The translations under genes and the position numbers were made by a program. 26,456 nt of DNA. It comes from Sulfolobales archaeon (GTDB lineage Archaea; Thermoproteota; Thermoprotei_A; Sulfolobales; NBVN01). Positions within the stretch are counted from its first letter, which is position 1. The number at the start of each line of letters is the position of its first letter. Shown here in pieces: positions 16,028 through 25,621 of the stretch. Where the stretch lies: positions 1 to 26,456 of the forward strand of contig JAWBTQ010000013.1 in the NCBI GenBank assembly GCA_038841535.1, given 5' to 3'. A model generated the notes under the pieces. That model worked only from the letters and a program-made list of their open reading frames with translations, did no database searches and was not told the DNA's origin.

Positions 16028-18793
16028 ATGGGCGTCATGAGTAGAGAAGACATCTTTAGAGTCAGAATGTTCAGAGAAGCGGGGTATTCCAGGCAGGTTT
16101 GCGGGAGCTGTAAAGCCTACTTTTGGAGCAAAGTTAGTAGGCCTAACTGTGGTGATACGCCCTGTACTGATTATTACTTCGACAGGATTTCAATTAAGAG
16201 CCCCCCTCTAACATTACATGAAGTCAGAGATAAGTTTCTAAGGTTTTTCCGAGAGAGAGGTCATGAGGTCATAGACCCCTATCCAGTAGTTGCTAGGTGG
16301 AGAGAGGACTTATATCTAACAATAGCGTCTATAGCGGTATTTCAGCCTCACGTAACTAAAATGATAGTGCCGCCACCAGCTAATCCCCTAGTCATAGCTC
16401 AGCCCTGCATTAGGCTTGAAGACCTCGGGAACGTGGGCTATACCCTTGGAAGACACCTGACGAACTTCATAATGGGGGGACACCACGCTTTCAACTATCC
16501 CGACAAATACGTCTACTTTACTAATGAAACAGTAGAGTTTGCTGTTGAGTTCTTCACTAAGTACATAGGTGTTCCAGAGGAAGAGCTATCGCTGAAGGAA
16601 TCGTGGTGGGAGGGTGGTGGCAATGCGGGCCCTTGCTTCGAAGTATCTGTCGGAGGTCTAGAGGTAGCGACCCTCGTGTTCATGATGTATGATGTAGTTG
16701 ACGGCAAGTACGTAGAGATGCCACTGAAGATCGTGGACACTGGGTACGGGATTGAGAGGATCGCCTGGCTCACTCAAAAGACTCCCACAGCTTTTCACGC
16801 CATTTACGGAGCCCTAGTTGGGGACTACCATAAAGTCTTGGAGATCGAAGAGCCTCCTCCAGAGGTTCTACGAGTAGCTTTCAGGAATTCTGGGAAGCTT
16901 GACCTAAGAGACCCACAGCAGTTTGAGTTTCTCAAGAAATCTGTCGGTTACGAGCTCGGGATGCCCGAGAGCGAGGTGTCCAGATACCTAGATGGAGTCG
17001 TCTTAGTGTACAACGTGTTAGACCACGTAAAGACTGTTCTCCTTATGCTATCTGATGGCGTTGTCCCATCTAATAGTGGTGAGGGGTACCTAGCTAGGTT
17101 AGTTCTAAGAAAGGTGTTTAGAATACTATCTAAGCTTAATGTTAGTATAGATTCTACTCTAAAGCTATTCGATCTACAAGTACGTTTATGGAGAACCCTG
17201 TATCCGAGAGTCGATTCTGCTAAGGACTATATCCACGATGTTATTAGGGTAGAGTACGAAAGGTTCCGAGAGCTGGTAGAGAGAGCCCCTTCTGTAGTCA
17301 AGAGGTACTTAAGCAGGGGGACACCGGGACTGAGCCTCGAGGACTATGTAGAGCTCTACGAAAGTCATGGACTACCTCCTGAGCTAGCTGCTGAAGTATC
17401 TATTAAACTAGGTTATTCGGCCTACGTACCTAGAGAGTTTTACTCAGCTCTAGCATCAAAGCGTGTGAAGGTCCCCATAAAGAAGGTCGAGGCTCTTCCG
17501 GTACCAAAAGAAGTATACGAAAAAGCGAGAGAGTTACCTGCTACCAGGAAGTTGTTCCACGAGGACCCCTACATGAAGGAGTTTAATGCTAGAGTTGTGG
17601 AAATAATAAACGATTACGTGGTCTTAGACCAGACAGCCTTCTACCCCGAGGGGGGAGGTCAGAAGCCAGATAGGGGTATACTAAGAATAGGGGGGAACAC
17701 CTACGAAGTAGTAGATGTACAGAAGGTTGGTGATGTAGTCTTCCACAAGGTAAATCCAACTCCGCGAAATCCCTCTAAGGGGCAAGAAGCTTACGGAAGA
17801 ATAGATTGGGACCTGAGGTACTCGCACATGAGGCACCATACAGCAACTCACGTTCTCTTAGGTACACTAAGGAGAATTTATGGTGACCACATCTGGCAAG
17901 CAGGAGCTGAAAAGGAGGAAGCTAAGGGTAGACTAGATGTAACTCACTTCAGAATACCTAGTGATGAAGAACTAAAGCAGATAGAGAGAGAAGTAAATAA
18001 GGTAATTAATGATGCTAGACCCGTAGTGTATAAAGTCATGCACAAGTACGACGCAGAGAGAACCTACGGTTTTAGGCTTTACCAAGGAGGAGTACCTCTC
18101 GAGCCAACCATTAGGGTTGTAGAAGTGGAAGGTGTGGACGCAGAAGCTTGCTACGGTACCCACCTTAGAAATACTGCGGAAGTAGGGGGCTTTAAGATCA
18201 TTAATGTCGAGAAAATACAGGACGGAGTCGTGAGATTCGAGTACGTGGCTGGACCACAGCTAGTGGCGTACGCAAGTAAACTTGAAGAAAAGGTAAAGAG
18301 TGCGGAGAAGCTCATAGGTGGGGAGCTACTTGAGAGGGTCCCGAAGTTTCTAAAGGAGTTAGAGGAGCTAAAGAAGACTCTCGCGCAATATAGGGAGTTC
18401 TATAAGAACTCCTTGATCGACAGCATAAATAGAAACAAAGAAGTGCTGTCCGAGAGCTGCTCAGTATCCGTGATATCTACTGAGTTATTTGATGAGAAGC
18501 TCTTAACTGAGGCACTCAGAGAGTACGTTCGGAGAGACTCTAATACCGTAGTCGTGGTTATCTCGAGCTATGGAGGAAGAACTCGTGTAGAGATCTCCGA
18601 AGGATCTACAGCATCTGAGAGAGTAAATGCTGTTGACCTATTAAACAGTATTTCGAAATCCTTAGGGGGGAGAGGGGGAGGGAAGCGAGACCACGCCATT
18701 TTAGTTCTAGATAGAGAACTTCGAGAAAGTGACATAAGCGAGATCACGAGGGTAGTCACTAGTAGAGTGAGAGAGCTTTGCTCTATTCACTAA
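16028..18793 (+). CDS. alaS: Alanine--tRNA ligase (archaeal type)
   Basis: N-terminal CxxC..CGD.PC, YPVVARWR, IDTG-like VDTGYGIER, editing HHTATH and CYGTH, C-terminal GGRGGG. Confidence 0.97.
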   Translation: MGVMSREDIFRVRMFREAGYSRQVCGSCKAYFWSKVSRPNCGDTPCTDYYFDRISIKSPPLTLHEVRDKFLRFFRERGHEVIDPYPVVARWREDLYLTIASIAVFQPHVTKMIVPPPANPLVIAQPCIRLEDLGNVGYTLGRHLTNFIMGGHHAFNYPDKYVYFTNETVEFAVEFFTKYIGVPEEELSLKESWWEGGGNAGPCFEVSVGGLEVATLVFMMYDVVDGKYVEMPLKIVDTGYGIERIAWLTQKTPTAFHAIYGALVGDYHKVLEIEEPPPEVLRVAFRNSGKLDLRDPQQFEFLKKSVGYELGMPESEVSRYLDGVVLVYNVLDHVKTVLLMLSDGVVPSNSGEGYLARLVLRKVFRILSKLNVSIDSTLKLFDLQVRLWRTLYPRVDSAKDYIHDVIRVEYERFRELVERAPSVVKRYLSRGTPGLSLEDYVELYESHGLPPELAAEVSIKLGYSAYVPREFYSALASKRVKVPIKKVEALPVPKEVYEKARELPATRKLFHEDPYMKEFNARVVEIINDYVVLDQTAFYPEGGGQKPDRGILRIGGNTYEVVDVQKVGDVVFHKVNPTPRNPSKGQEAYGRIDWDLRYSHMRHHTATHVLLGTLRRIYGDHIWQAGAEKEEAKGRLDVTHFRIPSDEELKQIEREVNKVINDARPVVYKVMHKYDAERTYGFRLYQGGVPLEPTIRVVEVEGVDAEACYGTHLRNTAEVGGFKIINVEKIQDGVVRFEYVAGPQLVAYASKLEEKVKSAEKLIGGELLERVPKFLKELEELKKTLAQYREFYKNSLIDSINRNKEVLSESCSVSVISTELFDEKLLTEALREYVRRDSNTVVVVISSYGGRTRVEISEGSTASERVNAVDLLNSISKSLGGRGGGKRDHAILVLDRELRESDISEITRVVTSRVRELCSIH

Positions 18794-19431
18794 GAAATGA
18801 GGTTATAGAGGCAGCTAGAGATTATAGGTATCTCCTCAATAGAGGGTTTCCGCAGAAAGCCTCACTCGACTTTATTTCAGCTAACTACAACCTCACGACA
18901 GTCGAGAGAAATCTCTTATTTAGGTGTGTTCACAAAGTTACCGATTCAGAGCTCGTAAAGAGAAAGGCCATCCACAGTGTAAGAGACCTAGAACTAGTTA
19001 TTGACGGATATAACGTTATTTTGACCATTACCTCAGCTATCGAGGGACTACCGCTTTTCTTGTGCGATGATGGGTTTGTCAGAGACCTTAGGAGTACCTA
19101 CATAAGGGACTTCGAAACTCCTACTGTAGTAGAGGCCATACACTACGTAGCTAGAGCCATCAGCACTCTCGATACTAAAGACTCGCTAGTAATTCTAGAC
19201 AAAAACGTAAGTTGGAGTGCTAAACATGCTGAACTGATAAGAAGGGACTACGGCGTTAATGTGACCATGGCAGCTAAAGCCGACATAGCTGTAATAGGGT
19301 CGGGAAAGGTGGTAAGTAGTAGTGATTTCCTAATCTTATTGAGATCGGAGAAGGTGTACGACCTGGCTCAGTTCATAATCAAGAACTTTTTGCCAAGAGC
19401 TGAAATAGTCGAACTACACTATCTACTATAA
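18778..19431 (+). CDS. DUF434 (COG2454) PIN-like domain protein
   Basis: AARDYRYLLNRGF, IDGYNV..T, CDDGFVRD and SSD motifs; overlaps the alaS stop. Confidence 0.88.
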   Translation: MLYSLRNEVIEAARDYRYLLNRGFPQKASLDFISANYNLTTVERNLLFRCVHKVTDSELVKRKAIHSVRDLELVIDGYNVILTITSAIEGLPLFLCDDGFVRDLRSTYIRDFETPTVVEAIHYVARAISTLDTKDSLVILDKNVSWSAKHAELIRRDYGVNVTMAAKADIAVIGSGKVVSSSDFLILLRSEKVYDLAQFIIKNFLPRAEIVELHYLL

Positions 19432-19496
19432 TCACCCTAGAGCTAGTCAGAACTTAAGAGAGTTATGAGAAATAGCTATTAAAGGCTATCCTAGGG

Positions 19497-20186
19497 TTAC
19501 TCAGTGGAGTCATTAATCACGTTGCAAGCTTTCCTAATAATCTTGGTTGAAGAGTAGTCATTAAGCCTATCTTTAACTCTTACTACCTTCGTCGAGGGAA
19601 GACCTCTCTTCTCTAGCTCCTTAACTAAGTTGTTTTCGTCAACGGGTTGGTCTGGTCCTAGTAGAACTATATCTGGTCGTATCTCTAGTAGAGGCTTTAG
19701 GTGATCCTCTAAATCACCTAACACAGCCCTATAGACTGGCTTTAGAGAACTGACTACGAGCAGTCTATCCTGCTCGTTCATTACTGGCGGTCTACCTTTA
19801 TTTCTCAAAACATTGATGTCTCTTGAGATAACTACGTGTGGAAGGCCCAACTCAAACGCTTTATTCAAGAAGTGTAGATGTCCTGGATGTAGTATATCAA
19901 ATGTCCCAGCTACTAAGACTTTGTACACGTTCGGCTTCCTCCAGCTGAACTCAGTCAACCCGAGCATTCTAAGCGCGTCAATTAAGCCCTCTGCGTAAGC
20001 CACGCACGAAGCTGACGTTAAGTAGTCACCGAGACCGAGGTAGTACTTAGCATCCTCTAAATAGAGCTCAGCGAGCCTGATAACCTCGTTTACCTCCTTA
20101 GACTGAACTACCCTTGCTTTCACCTCCTTTAAGGCTAATTCCAGCGCGCTTATGTAGCTCCTTACTCTAGTAGGTTGCTCACTCAA
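19497..20186 (-). CDS. DUF357 domain fused to a cytidylyltransferase-family (RibL/FAD synthase-like) domain
   Basis: N-terminal LYLEDAKYYL..GD..S..YAEGLIDA (DUF357); C-terminal GTFDILHPGH, PDIVLLGPDQ, SSTKII. Confidence 0.85.
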   Translation of the reverse strand: MSEQPTRVRSYISALELALKEVKARVVQSKEVNEVIRLAELYLEDAKYYLGLGDYLTSASCVAYAEGLIDALRMLGLTEFSWRKPNVYKVLVAGTFDILHPGHLHFLNKAFELGLPHVVISRDINVLRNKGRPPVMNEQDRLLVVSSLKPVYRAVLGDLEDHLKPLLEIRPDIVLLGPDQPVDENNLVKELEKRGLPSTKVVRVKDRLNDYSSTKIIRKACNVINDSTE

Positions 20187-20976
20187 CTCTACACCACCTT
20201 GAGTTAGCTATCTTCATCATCTCTACCTCCATGGGGTGTGGTCTGGGAGATGCGAACACCAGGGTCTGAGGCACCTCCTCTATCTTTAGCATGAGTATTC
20301 TTTTAAGTTCGCCTACACAAACTGTAAAACTAGGGTGACCTAGGGACGCCACAACGGAAACCGCTCTATCGTCTCTTATGACTCCCTCGCGCCTACTCTC
20401 TTCAATACTCCTCAAGATCTCGATTGCTTCAGAAGCTCTCATTGCGACCCCTTTCTCTCCATCATATTCTAGCAGGAGCAGCGTGTGAAGGTTTAGAGAA
20501 TCGTTTGCTTTAATGACGTCGTACGCATATTCATAAACTATACCATCTTTAGGATATACAACTGTAGCTATCTTACCCATCCTGTACACCATTAGCCCAC
20601 TCATCGAAAGAGCCGTAGGCACTATGCTAACACCCGGTATAATGTGAAAGTTGTAGCCGCGTGCGCTCGCCTCGAGAAGAAGAGCTACGTGAGTTGTCGC
20701 AACTAGGGGGTCGCCTGGAACGAGAAGAACTACTCTTTTACCTTCTTCAAGCAGCTTTAGGATCACTTGGCCAGAACCTTCTTCCAACTCTCTCCTAGCT
20801 ACCTTAACTAATTTCTTTGCCGTTATCTTCTCGAGCTCTTCCAGGTCTACGCGCCCAGTATATGTATCCACAAAGACTAGATCTGCTCTAGCTATGGCCT
20901 CGAGAGCTTCGAAAGTTAAGTACCTATGGGACAGACCTATTCCGACTAAATAGAGCTCCCCTCTCTCATCCAGCAC
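20179..20976 (-). CDS. dph5: Diphthine synthase
   Basis: LYLVGIGL, DTYT, GDPLVATTH, PGVSI, GLMVYRMGK, LHTLLLL; GTG 20976 is preferred over the ORF-track start 21027. Confidence 0.93.
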   Translation of the reverse strand: MLDERGELYLVGIGLSHRYLTFEALEAIARADLVFVDTYTGRVDLEELEKITAKKLVKVARRELEEGSGQVILKLLEEGKRVVLLVPGDPLVATTHVALLLEASARGYNFHIIPGVSIVPTALSMSGLMVYRMGKIATVVYPKDGIVYEYAYDVIKANDSLNLHTLLLLEYDGEKGVAMRASEAIEILRSIEESRREGVIRDDRAVSVVASLGHPSFTVCVGELKRILMLKIEEVPQTLVFASPRPHPMEVEMMKIANSRWCRVE

Positions 20977-21181
20977 GCCGCCCCCCAGTATGAATACTGT
21001 CATCATAATAGAGTTTGCTAGCAACAACCAAGTAGTTCAATACATTACCTCTCTCAAGTCTAGCAAAAAACTAAAGACCGGCTGTTTAAGTAGAGAGCGA
21101 GCTAATTATATTGAGACTGAAACCATGTAGCTATTAAATGCGGCACTTAGAGCTCGCTTTAACTCAAGTCAGTACACGCAG

Positions 21182-22996
21182 CTATGGCTCCACCTTCTCG
21201 ACCGTTTCCTCCACTACCCTCTTTAGCTGCTTGAAGTACATCTCGACTAGCTCCTTTGTTGTTGTAGCATCTTCTGGACCTTTATCCTCCCTCCACCTGA
21301 TGAACCTCGGAAATCTAATTGATATGCCAGCACCCTTCTTAACTGCTCCTCTACAGCACGTATGTTGGGGTGACAAAGTTAGTTCTGCCCCAAGTACTTC
21401 AATAACGAGCGCTGGAACAGTCCAGATATCGGGCTCCATCTCTGAAACCACTCTTGGGTGCTTGTGCTCGATAGCGTAGGGCGATATTAGCTCGTCCAAC
21501 TTATTTAAGTCTTCGTCTGTAAATCCAGAGCCAACCTTGCATACTGTTTGAAAAGTATCTGTGTCGGGATCGTAAGCAGCAACTAGTAGCGCCCCTATCT
21601 TGCCACCCCTCCGCCCTCTCCCCTTAAATGCCCCCACCACGACTAAGTCGACAGTGTCAGTCATCTCGCTCTTGTAGTCTCGCTTATACTTAATCCAAAG
21701 CCAACCTCTAGCTCCGGCCTGGTAGACGGATTGCGCGTGCATCGCCTTCACCATAACTCCTTCAGCTCCCTCTTCGACAGCTTTCAAAAAGAACTTCTCG
21801 AGATCGGGAGCACTCGAAACAGTCAACGCTTCTGAGAGCCTAAACCTCTCATTTTCTACGACTACCTTAGTGAGAACTTCTCTTCTCGTCTTTATGGGCT
21901 CGCTTATTAGGTTCACTCCGTCTACGTATAGCGCATCAAAAAGATAGACAGCTACAGGATACTCCCTAACGGCGTCGTGAATATCGTGTTTTCTCTTTCT
22001 GTGCATTAACTCCTGGAAGGGCCTCATAGCACCAGTATCCGGGTCGACACAGACTATTTCGCCCTCAACGATGGCCTCACTCGCCTTAACGTTCTCTTTG
22101 GCTAGCTCAGCAACGTCGGGATATTGGTGAGTTATGTTCTCCAGTCTTCTCGAGAATATGAGTACCTTATCTCCGGTTTTGTGTATTTGAGCTCTCTCAC
22201 CATCGTACTTATATTCTACGAGAGCTAGTCCCCCCGTCTTATCCAGTATTTCCTGGGGGTCGCTCAGTCTCTCAGCTAACATAGGCCTAATCGGTATCCC
22301 GGGCGTTGGTGCTATACCTTTAAGTCCGTCCAATCCCTTCGTAGCCAGAATCTTCGCTACGTTTCCTAAATCTGCTCTCACGTTATACGCATACTCAACG
22401 AGCTGCCTATTCAGGGACGAGCCTGTAAAGGTTATAGATAGCGCGTCCATTATCGTGGCATCTCCGATTCCGAGCCGAAGCCTTCCTTCTACCAGTCTTG
22501 CTATATACTTAGCTTCTAGTGGAGTGGCTTTGCTAAGTAGACTCGCTATAAGGTTTATCTTAACGTCCCTACTTCCCTCACCAACAGCTAGAGCAACCTT
22601 AGCTAGAGTATCGTAAACCTCTACTACCGTGAGCTTCGTAACTTCAGCTTTCTGGATGAACTTTGCTAACCCCCCAGAAACTTGCGACGGCCTAGTTGAC
22701 TTTAAGTGCTCGGCCACCTTTCCGGAGTCCCCTAGTTTAACGTACAGCGCCTCTATATCGTTCTCTTTAACATTAAAGGCCTTAGACATGGCCTTTATGA
22801 GGAGTTTTACTCCTACTCCTAGTTCAGGTAGACCAGCCCAATCAGGCCATAGCTTGCCCTGCAGTAAGTATATTACCTTATCGATAATATCAGACTCCGA
22901 CTTCTTAAAGAGGTCAACAAGTATTGAAGTTAGCTGCGTTCTACTAGTAGTACGCTCAGCACTATCTAAAGCTTTAACTAGGACTTCAAATAGCAT
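21182..22996 (-). CDS. lig: ATP-dependent DNA ligase
   Basis: PMLAE, EYKYDGER (motif I), EGE, FDAL, EGVMVK, WIKYKRDY, GSGF and RFPRF. Confidence 0.98.
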   Translation of the reverse strand: MLFEVLVKALDSAERTTSRTQLTSILVDLFKKSESDIIDKVIYLLQGKLWPDWAGLPELGVGVKLLIKAMSKAFNVKENDIEALYVKLGDSGKVAEHLKSTRPSQVSGGLAKFIQKAEVTKLTVVEVYDTLAKVALAVGEGSRDVKINLIASLLSKATPLEAKYIARLVEGRLRLGIGDATIMDALSITFTGSSLNRQLVEYAYNVRADLGNVAKILATKGLDGLKGIAPTPGIPIRPMLAERLSDPQEILDKTGGLALVEYKYDGERAQIHKTGDKVLIFSRRLENITHQYPDVAELAKENVKASEAIVEGEIVCVDPDTGAMRPFQELMHRKRKHDIHDAVREYPVAVYLFDALYVDGVNLISEPIKTRREVLTKVVVENERFRLSEALTVSSAPDLEKFFLKAVEEGAEGVMVKAMHAQSVYQAGARGWLWIKYKRDYKSEMTDTVDLVVVGAFKGRGRRGGKIGALLVAAYDPDTDTFQTVCKVGSGFTDEDLNKLDELISPYAIEHKHPRVVSEMEPDIWTVPALVIEVLGAELTLSPQHTCCRGAVKKGAGISIRFPRFIRWREDKGPEDATTTKELVEMYFKQLKRVVEETVEKVEP

Positions 22997-23274
22997 TCTC
23001 CCCCTTGTATAAGCTAGCTTTCGAGATTAAATAAAAGTCACCAGCTTTCTAGAACTACTTAGATAGTATTCTGGCAGTGGCTCTATTCAAAATAAACAGA
23101 CTTTACCCCTAGTTTCCAGTAGGTTAAGATAGGCCCTCAATAGGTTTACATTAATGCTACATAACCCTAGAGTGGCTTGGTACTTCAGCAAATCCCTTAA
23201 TGAGAGTGCGCGAATACCCCGCAAGGTGTGAAACAGGTTTCAAAGCATTAACGAGAAGAAGCTCACTACTTTCT

Positions 23275-23970
23275 TCAGATTATCCGTAGCAATTCTTCAC
23301 AGCTGGAAATAACTCTAGAGACTACAACCCAAGTGTCTAAGGGTTTTGAGTAAATAGAGTATACGTGTTTCGCATACGACCTTACGACTGAGCTAAAATC
23401 TCCTCTGGGAAACCCGCCTATGGTTATCGGGACTCCGCCTTCTAAGGACTTGCGACATACTTCAATAGGTCTCTCCCTAGCTCCTTTTTCGTCAAGTAGC
23501 ACGACCTCGTCGACTCCAAGCTCTCTAAGAAGGCTCGGGAAATCCATCGCAGTGGCCCGTATTAGGGGCTCTTGGGAGTTCGGGGGAGCTTTGCCGAACT
23601 TGAGTACTTGCTCCATTAGTCCTAGAAACCTAAGGTAGTTCCTCGGTATTTTAGTTCGCGGGTTAACGAAAATGGTGTAATCGTTAATCGTGTGAACTAT
23701 GAACCTCAACTTACCTTCTATATTTAAAGGAGATGAAAGTGCCTCTAGTAGTGAGAAGTGGACTATATCCGGTCTACCGCGCCTTTCTCTATCTCGCAGC
23801 CTCTTCATAGCGAAGTAATGCATTGATACATCTAGTATCGTATCAGTAGGGCTCTTGCCTCTGCGAGCAGCCCACCTTTTAATTGATGGATGCCAGGTTA
23901 TTTCTCTCGGAACTAACTCTAGAGAGGATTCTGCTAGTATAATGGTTACAGCACTTCCCAAGGAATTCAT
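23275..23970 (-). CDS. nep1: rRNA small subunit pseudouridine methyltransferase Nep1
   Basis: AESSLELVP, RGRPDIVH, IPRNY.RF.GLMEQ, IGGFPRGDF. Confidence 0.95.
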   Translation of the reverse strand: MNSLGSAVTIILAESSLELVPREITWHPSIKRWAARRGKSPTDTILDVSMHYFAMKRLRDRERRGRPDIVHFSLLEALSSPLNIEGKLRFIVHTINDYTIFVNPRTKIPRNYLRFLGLMEQVLKFGKAPPNSQEPLIRATAMDFPSLLRELGVDEVVLLDEKGARERPIEVCRKSLEGGVPITIGGFPRGDFSSVVRSYAKHVYSIYSKPLDTWVVVSRVISSCEELLRII

Positions 23971-24251
23971 TTTCTGTACCTTCTCTTCACGGTCTTCCTC
24001 TGAAGAATAAAGACGTGTCCACGCACGGTAACGACATCCGCTTTAACTAACTTAGCTACTTCACCCGCGATGTACCTAACATCACTGCCTGAGCTAGTAA
24101 GGTACGACTTCAACACCCGAATTTTTATAACTTCACTTTCTTTCAGCCTTCTGTCTATTTCCTCAATTATGCCGTCATGTATACCGCTCTTACCTATTCT
24201 GAGCTGGGGTCTGCCGTGTAGCACTCTAGCCGTTCTTCTATCTCTGACCAC
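23967..24251 (-). CDS. yhbY: YhbY/CRM-domain RNA-binding protein
   Basis: LRIGKSG, E.IKIR and VRGH motifs; ATGA overlap with nep1. Confidence 0.92.
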   Translation of the reverse strand: MVRDRRTARVLHGRPQLRIGKSGIHDGIIEEIDRRLKESEVIKIRVLKSYLTSSGSDVRYIAGEVAKLVKADVVTVRGHVFILQRKTVKRRYRK

Positions 24252-24305
24252 TTACTCTACCACCACACAACTAAACTCAGCCTAACACTATTAACTGCTG
24301 TCTTC

Positions 24306-25292
24306 CTAAACGAGAAACGATAAAGCGAGCGAGAGTATAGATAAAGGCAAGGGCATCTTAAATAGTGTCCTAAGGGCTTGATCTAGTCTAACCCTCCCCA
24401 TCGAGTACGCAACTACTATAATCAACGTTAGAACAACTACGTACTTTACTAGAGAAACTATGATGTTCAGAGCACTGGGTAACATAGGTGGAACAGGTAT
24501 TAGTATATTCGAAAACAGTAAGACATAGAGTGCTAGTTCTACTTCATGGAGCAAGATCGCTAGACCGAGAGCTGGACCACTTAACTCCGCTAAATAGCCT
24601 CCCGCTACCTCCGTCTCTGCCTCAGGGATATCGAAGGGCTTCATCATGGCTTTAGAGAGAAGAGCTATGGAAAACGATAGACCAGCTATGACTAGTACAA
24701 AAACCTGGATGAGAGAGTTAAGAAGGTAGTTAAACTCGAATATCCTCGGCTTACCTAAGGCATCGTATATAGAAAGACTGTGTGGAGCTAGTACGCGCAC
24801 CATGGCTAGTAGAGATAGAGCCACCGTCGGTTCAAACACTAGCATCATGGTAGTGTACCTCACTCCCCCGAAACTCGGATATGGCGAAACACTTCCGAAA
24901 CCTACTAAAGCAAACGCTATGGAGGCATATAGCGTTAAGTATATAAACAGCAAGACATCGTAGCTCACTCCAAACGAGAACGGTGATAGAGGTAGAAAGA
25001 TGGTGCTAGTCGCGAGAGCCGCTATACCTAGTGTAAGCACGTACACCAAGAACCTGGCCGGGCTATAGGAACCTGTGACTAACTCCTTAACGAATAGCAG
25101 CTTGTAAAGGTCGGCAAATGGTTGAAGAATGCCTGCCGGACCCACGTACTTGGGGCCAACCCTGTTCTGGAGTCTAGCCACAAGCTTACGCCTATACCAC
25201 TGCGACAGTAACCCTAGAACGACCAGGAATAGAAAACCTGGATAAACTAGTGCTGTGAACAGCGCTCTCCCGAAGACGTCGGCGAGGTCCAC
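24306..25292 (-). CDS. Complex I subunit 1 family (NuoH/MbhM-like) membrane subunit
   Basis: RKLVARLQNRVGP..GILQPFADLYKL..KE and PFDIPEAETE..G motifs; multiple TM segments. Confidence 0.92.
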   Translation of the reverse strand: MDLADVFGRALFTALVYPGFLFLVVLGLLSQWYRRKLVARLQNRVGPKYVGPAGILQPFADLYKLLFVKELVTGSYSPARFLVYVLTLGIAALATSTIFLPLSPFSFGVSYDVLLFIYLTLYASIAFALVGFGSVSPYPSFGGVRYTTMMLVFEPTVALSLLAMVRVLAPHSLSIYDALGKPRIFEFNYLLNSLIQVFVLVIAGLSFSIALLSKAMMKPFDIPEAETEVAGGYLAELSGPALGLAILLHEVELALYVLLFSNILIPVPPMLPSALNIIVSLVKYVVVLTLIIVVAYSMGRVRLDQALRTLFKMPLPLSILSLALSFLV

Positions 25293-25294
25293 TT

Positions 25295-25621
25295 TTATAC
25301 ACCTCCTCTCGCTACAATAGCTACGGTGAGTAGGACTAAAAGGAGTAGTAAGTATGGGAGAGATATCGAAAACCAGTCGTTGAATACACCCGTTTGTACG
25401 TGGTTTAGTAGTGTTGAGTACAGTCTTTCAAAAACCCTCCTAACTGCCCAGGAGATCTCCGTAATACCTATGGAGAAGTGTGCTTGGGGTTCTCCCGAGA
25501 GATATACCTCAGTCCTCCTAACCCTGGATTTATTAGCTATAGGTAGCCATATGACTATAGACACGACCACGGAAACCACAGTTAATAGCCCAACTAACGT
25601 TAGTGCGTCCATTTCACCCAC
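25295..25621 (-). CDS. MbhI-like small membrane subunit
   Basis: TM segment, YLSGE loop, HVQTG..DW, second TM segment; lies between the antiporter-like and NuoH-like genes. Confidence 0.7.
   Translation of the reverse strand: MGEMDALTLVGLLTVVSVVVSIVIWLPIANKSRVRRTEVYLSGEPQAHFSIGITEISWAVRRVFERLYSTLLNHVQTGVFNDWFSISLPYLLLLLVLLTVAIVARGGV

Noticed and set aside
20950-21010. ATGATGA on the minus strand upstream of dph5 as a C/D sRNA
   Set aside because: No properly spaced CTGA box D
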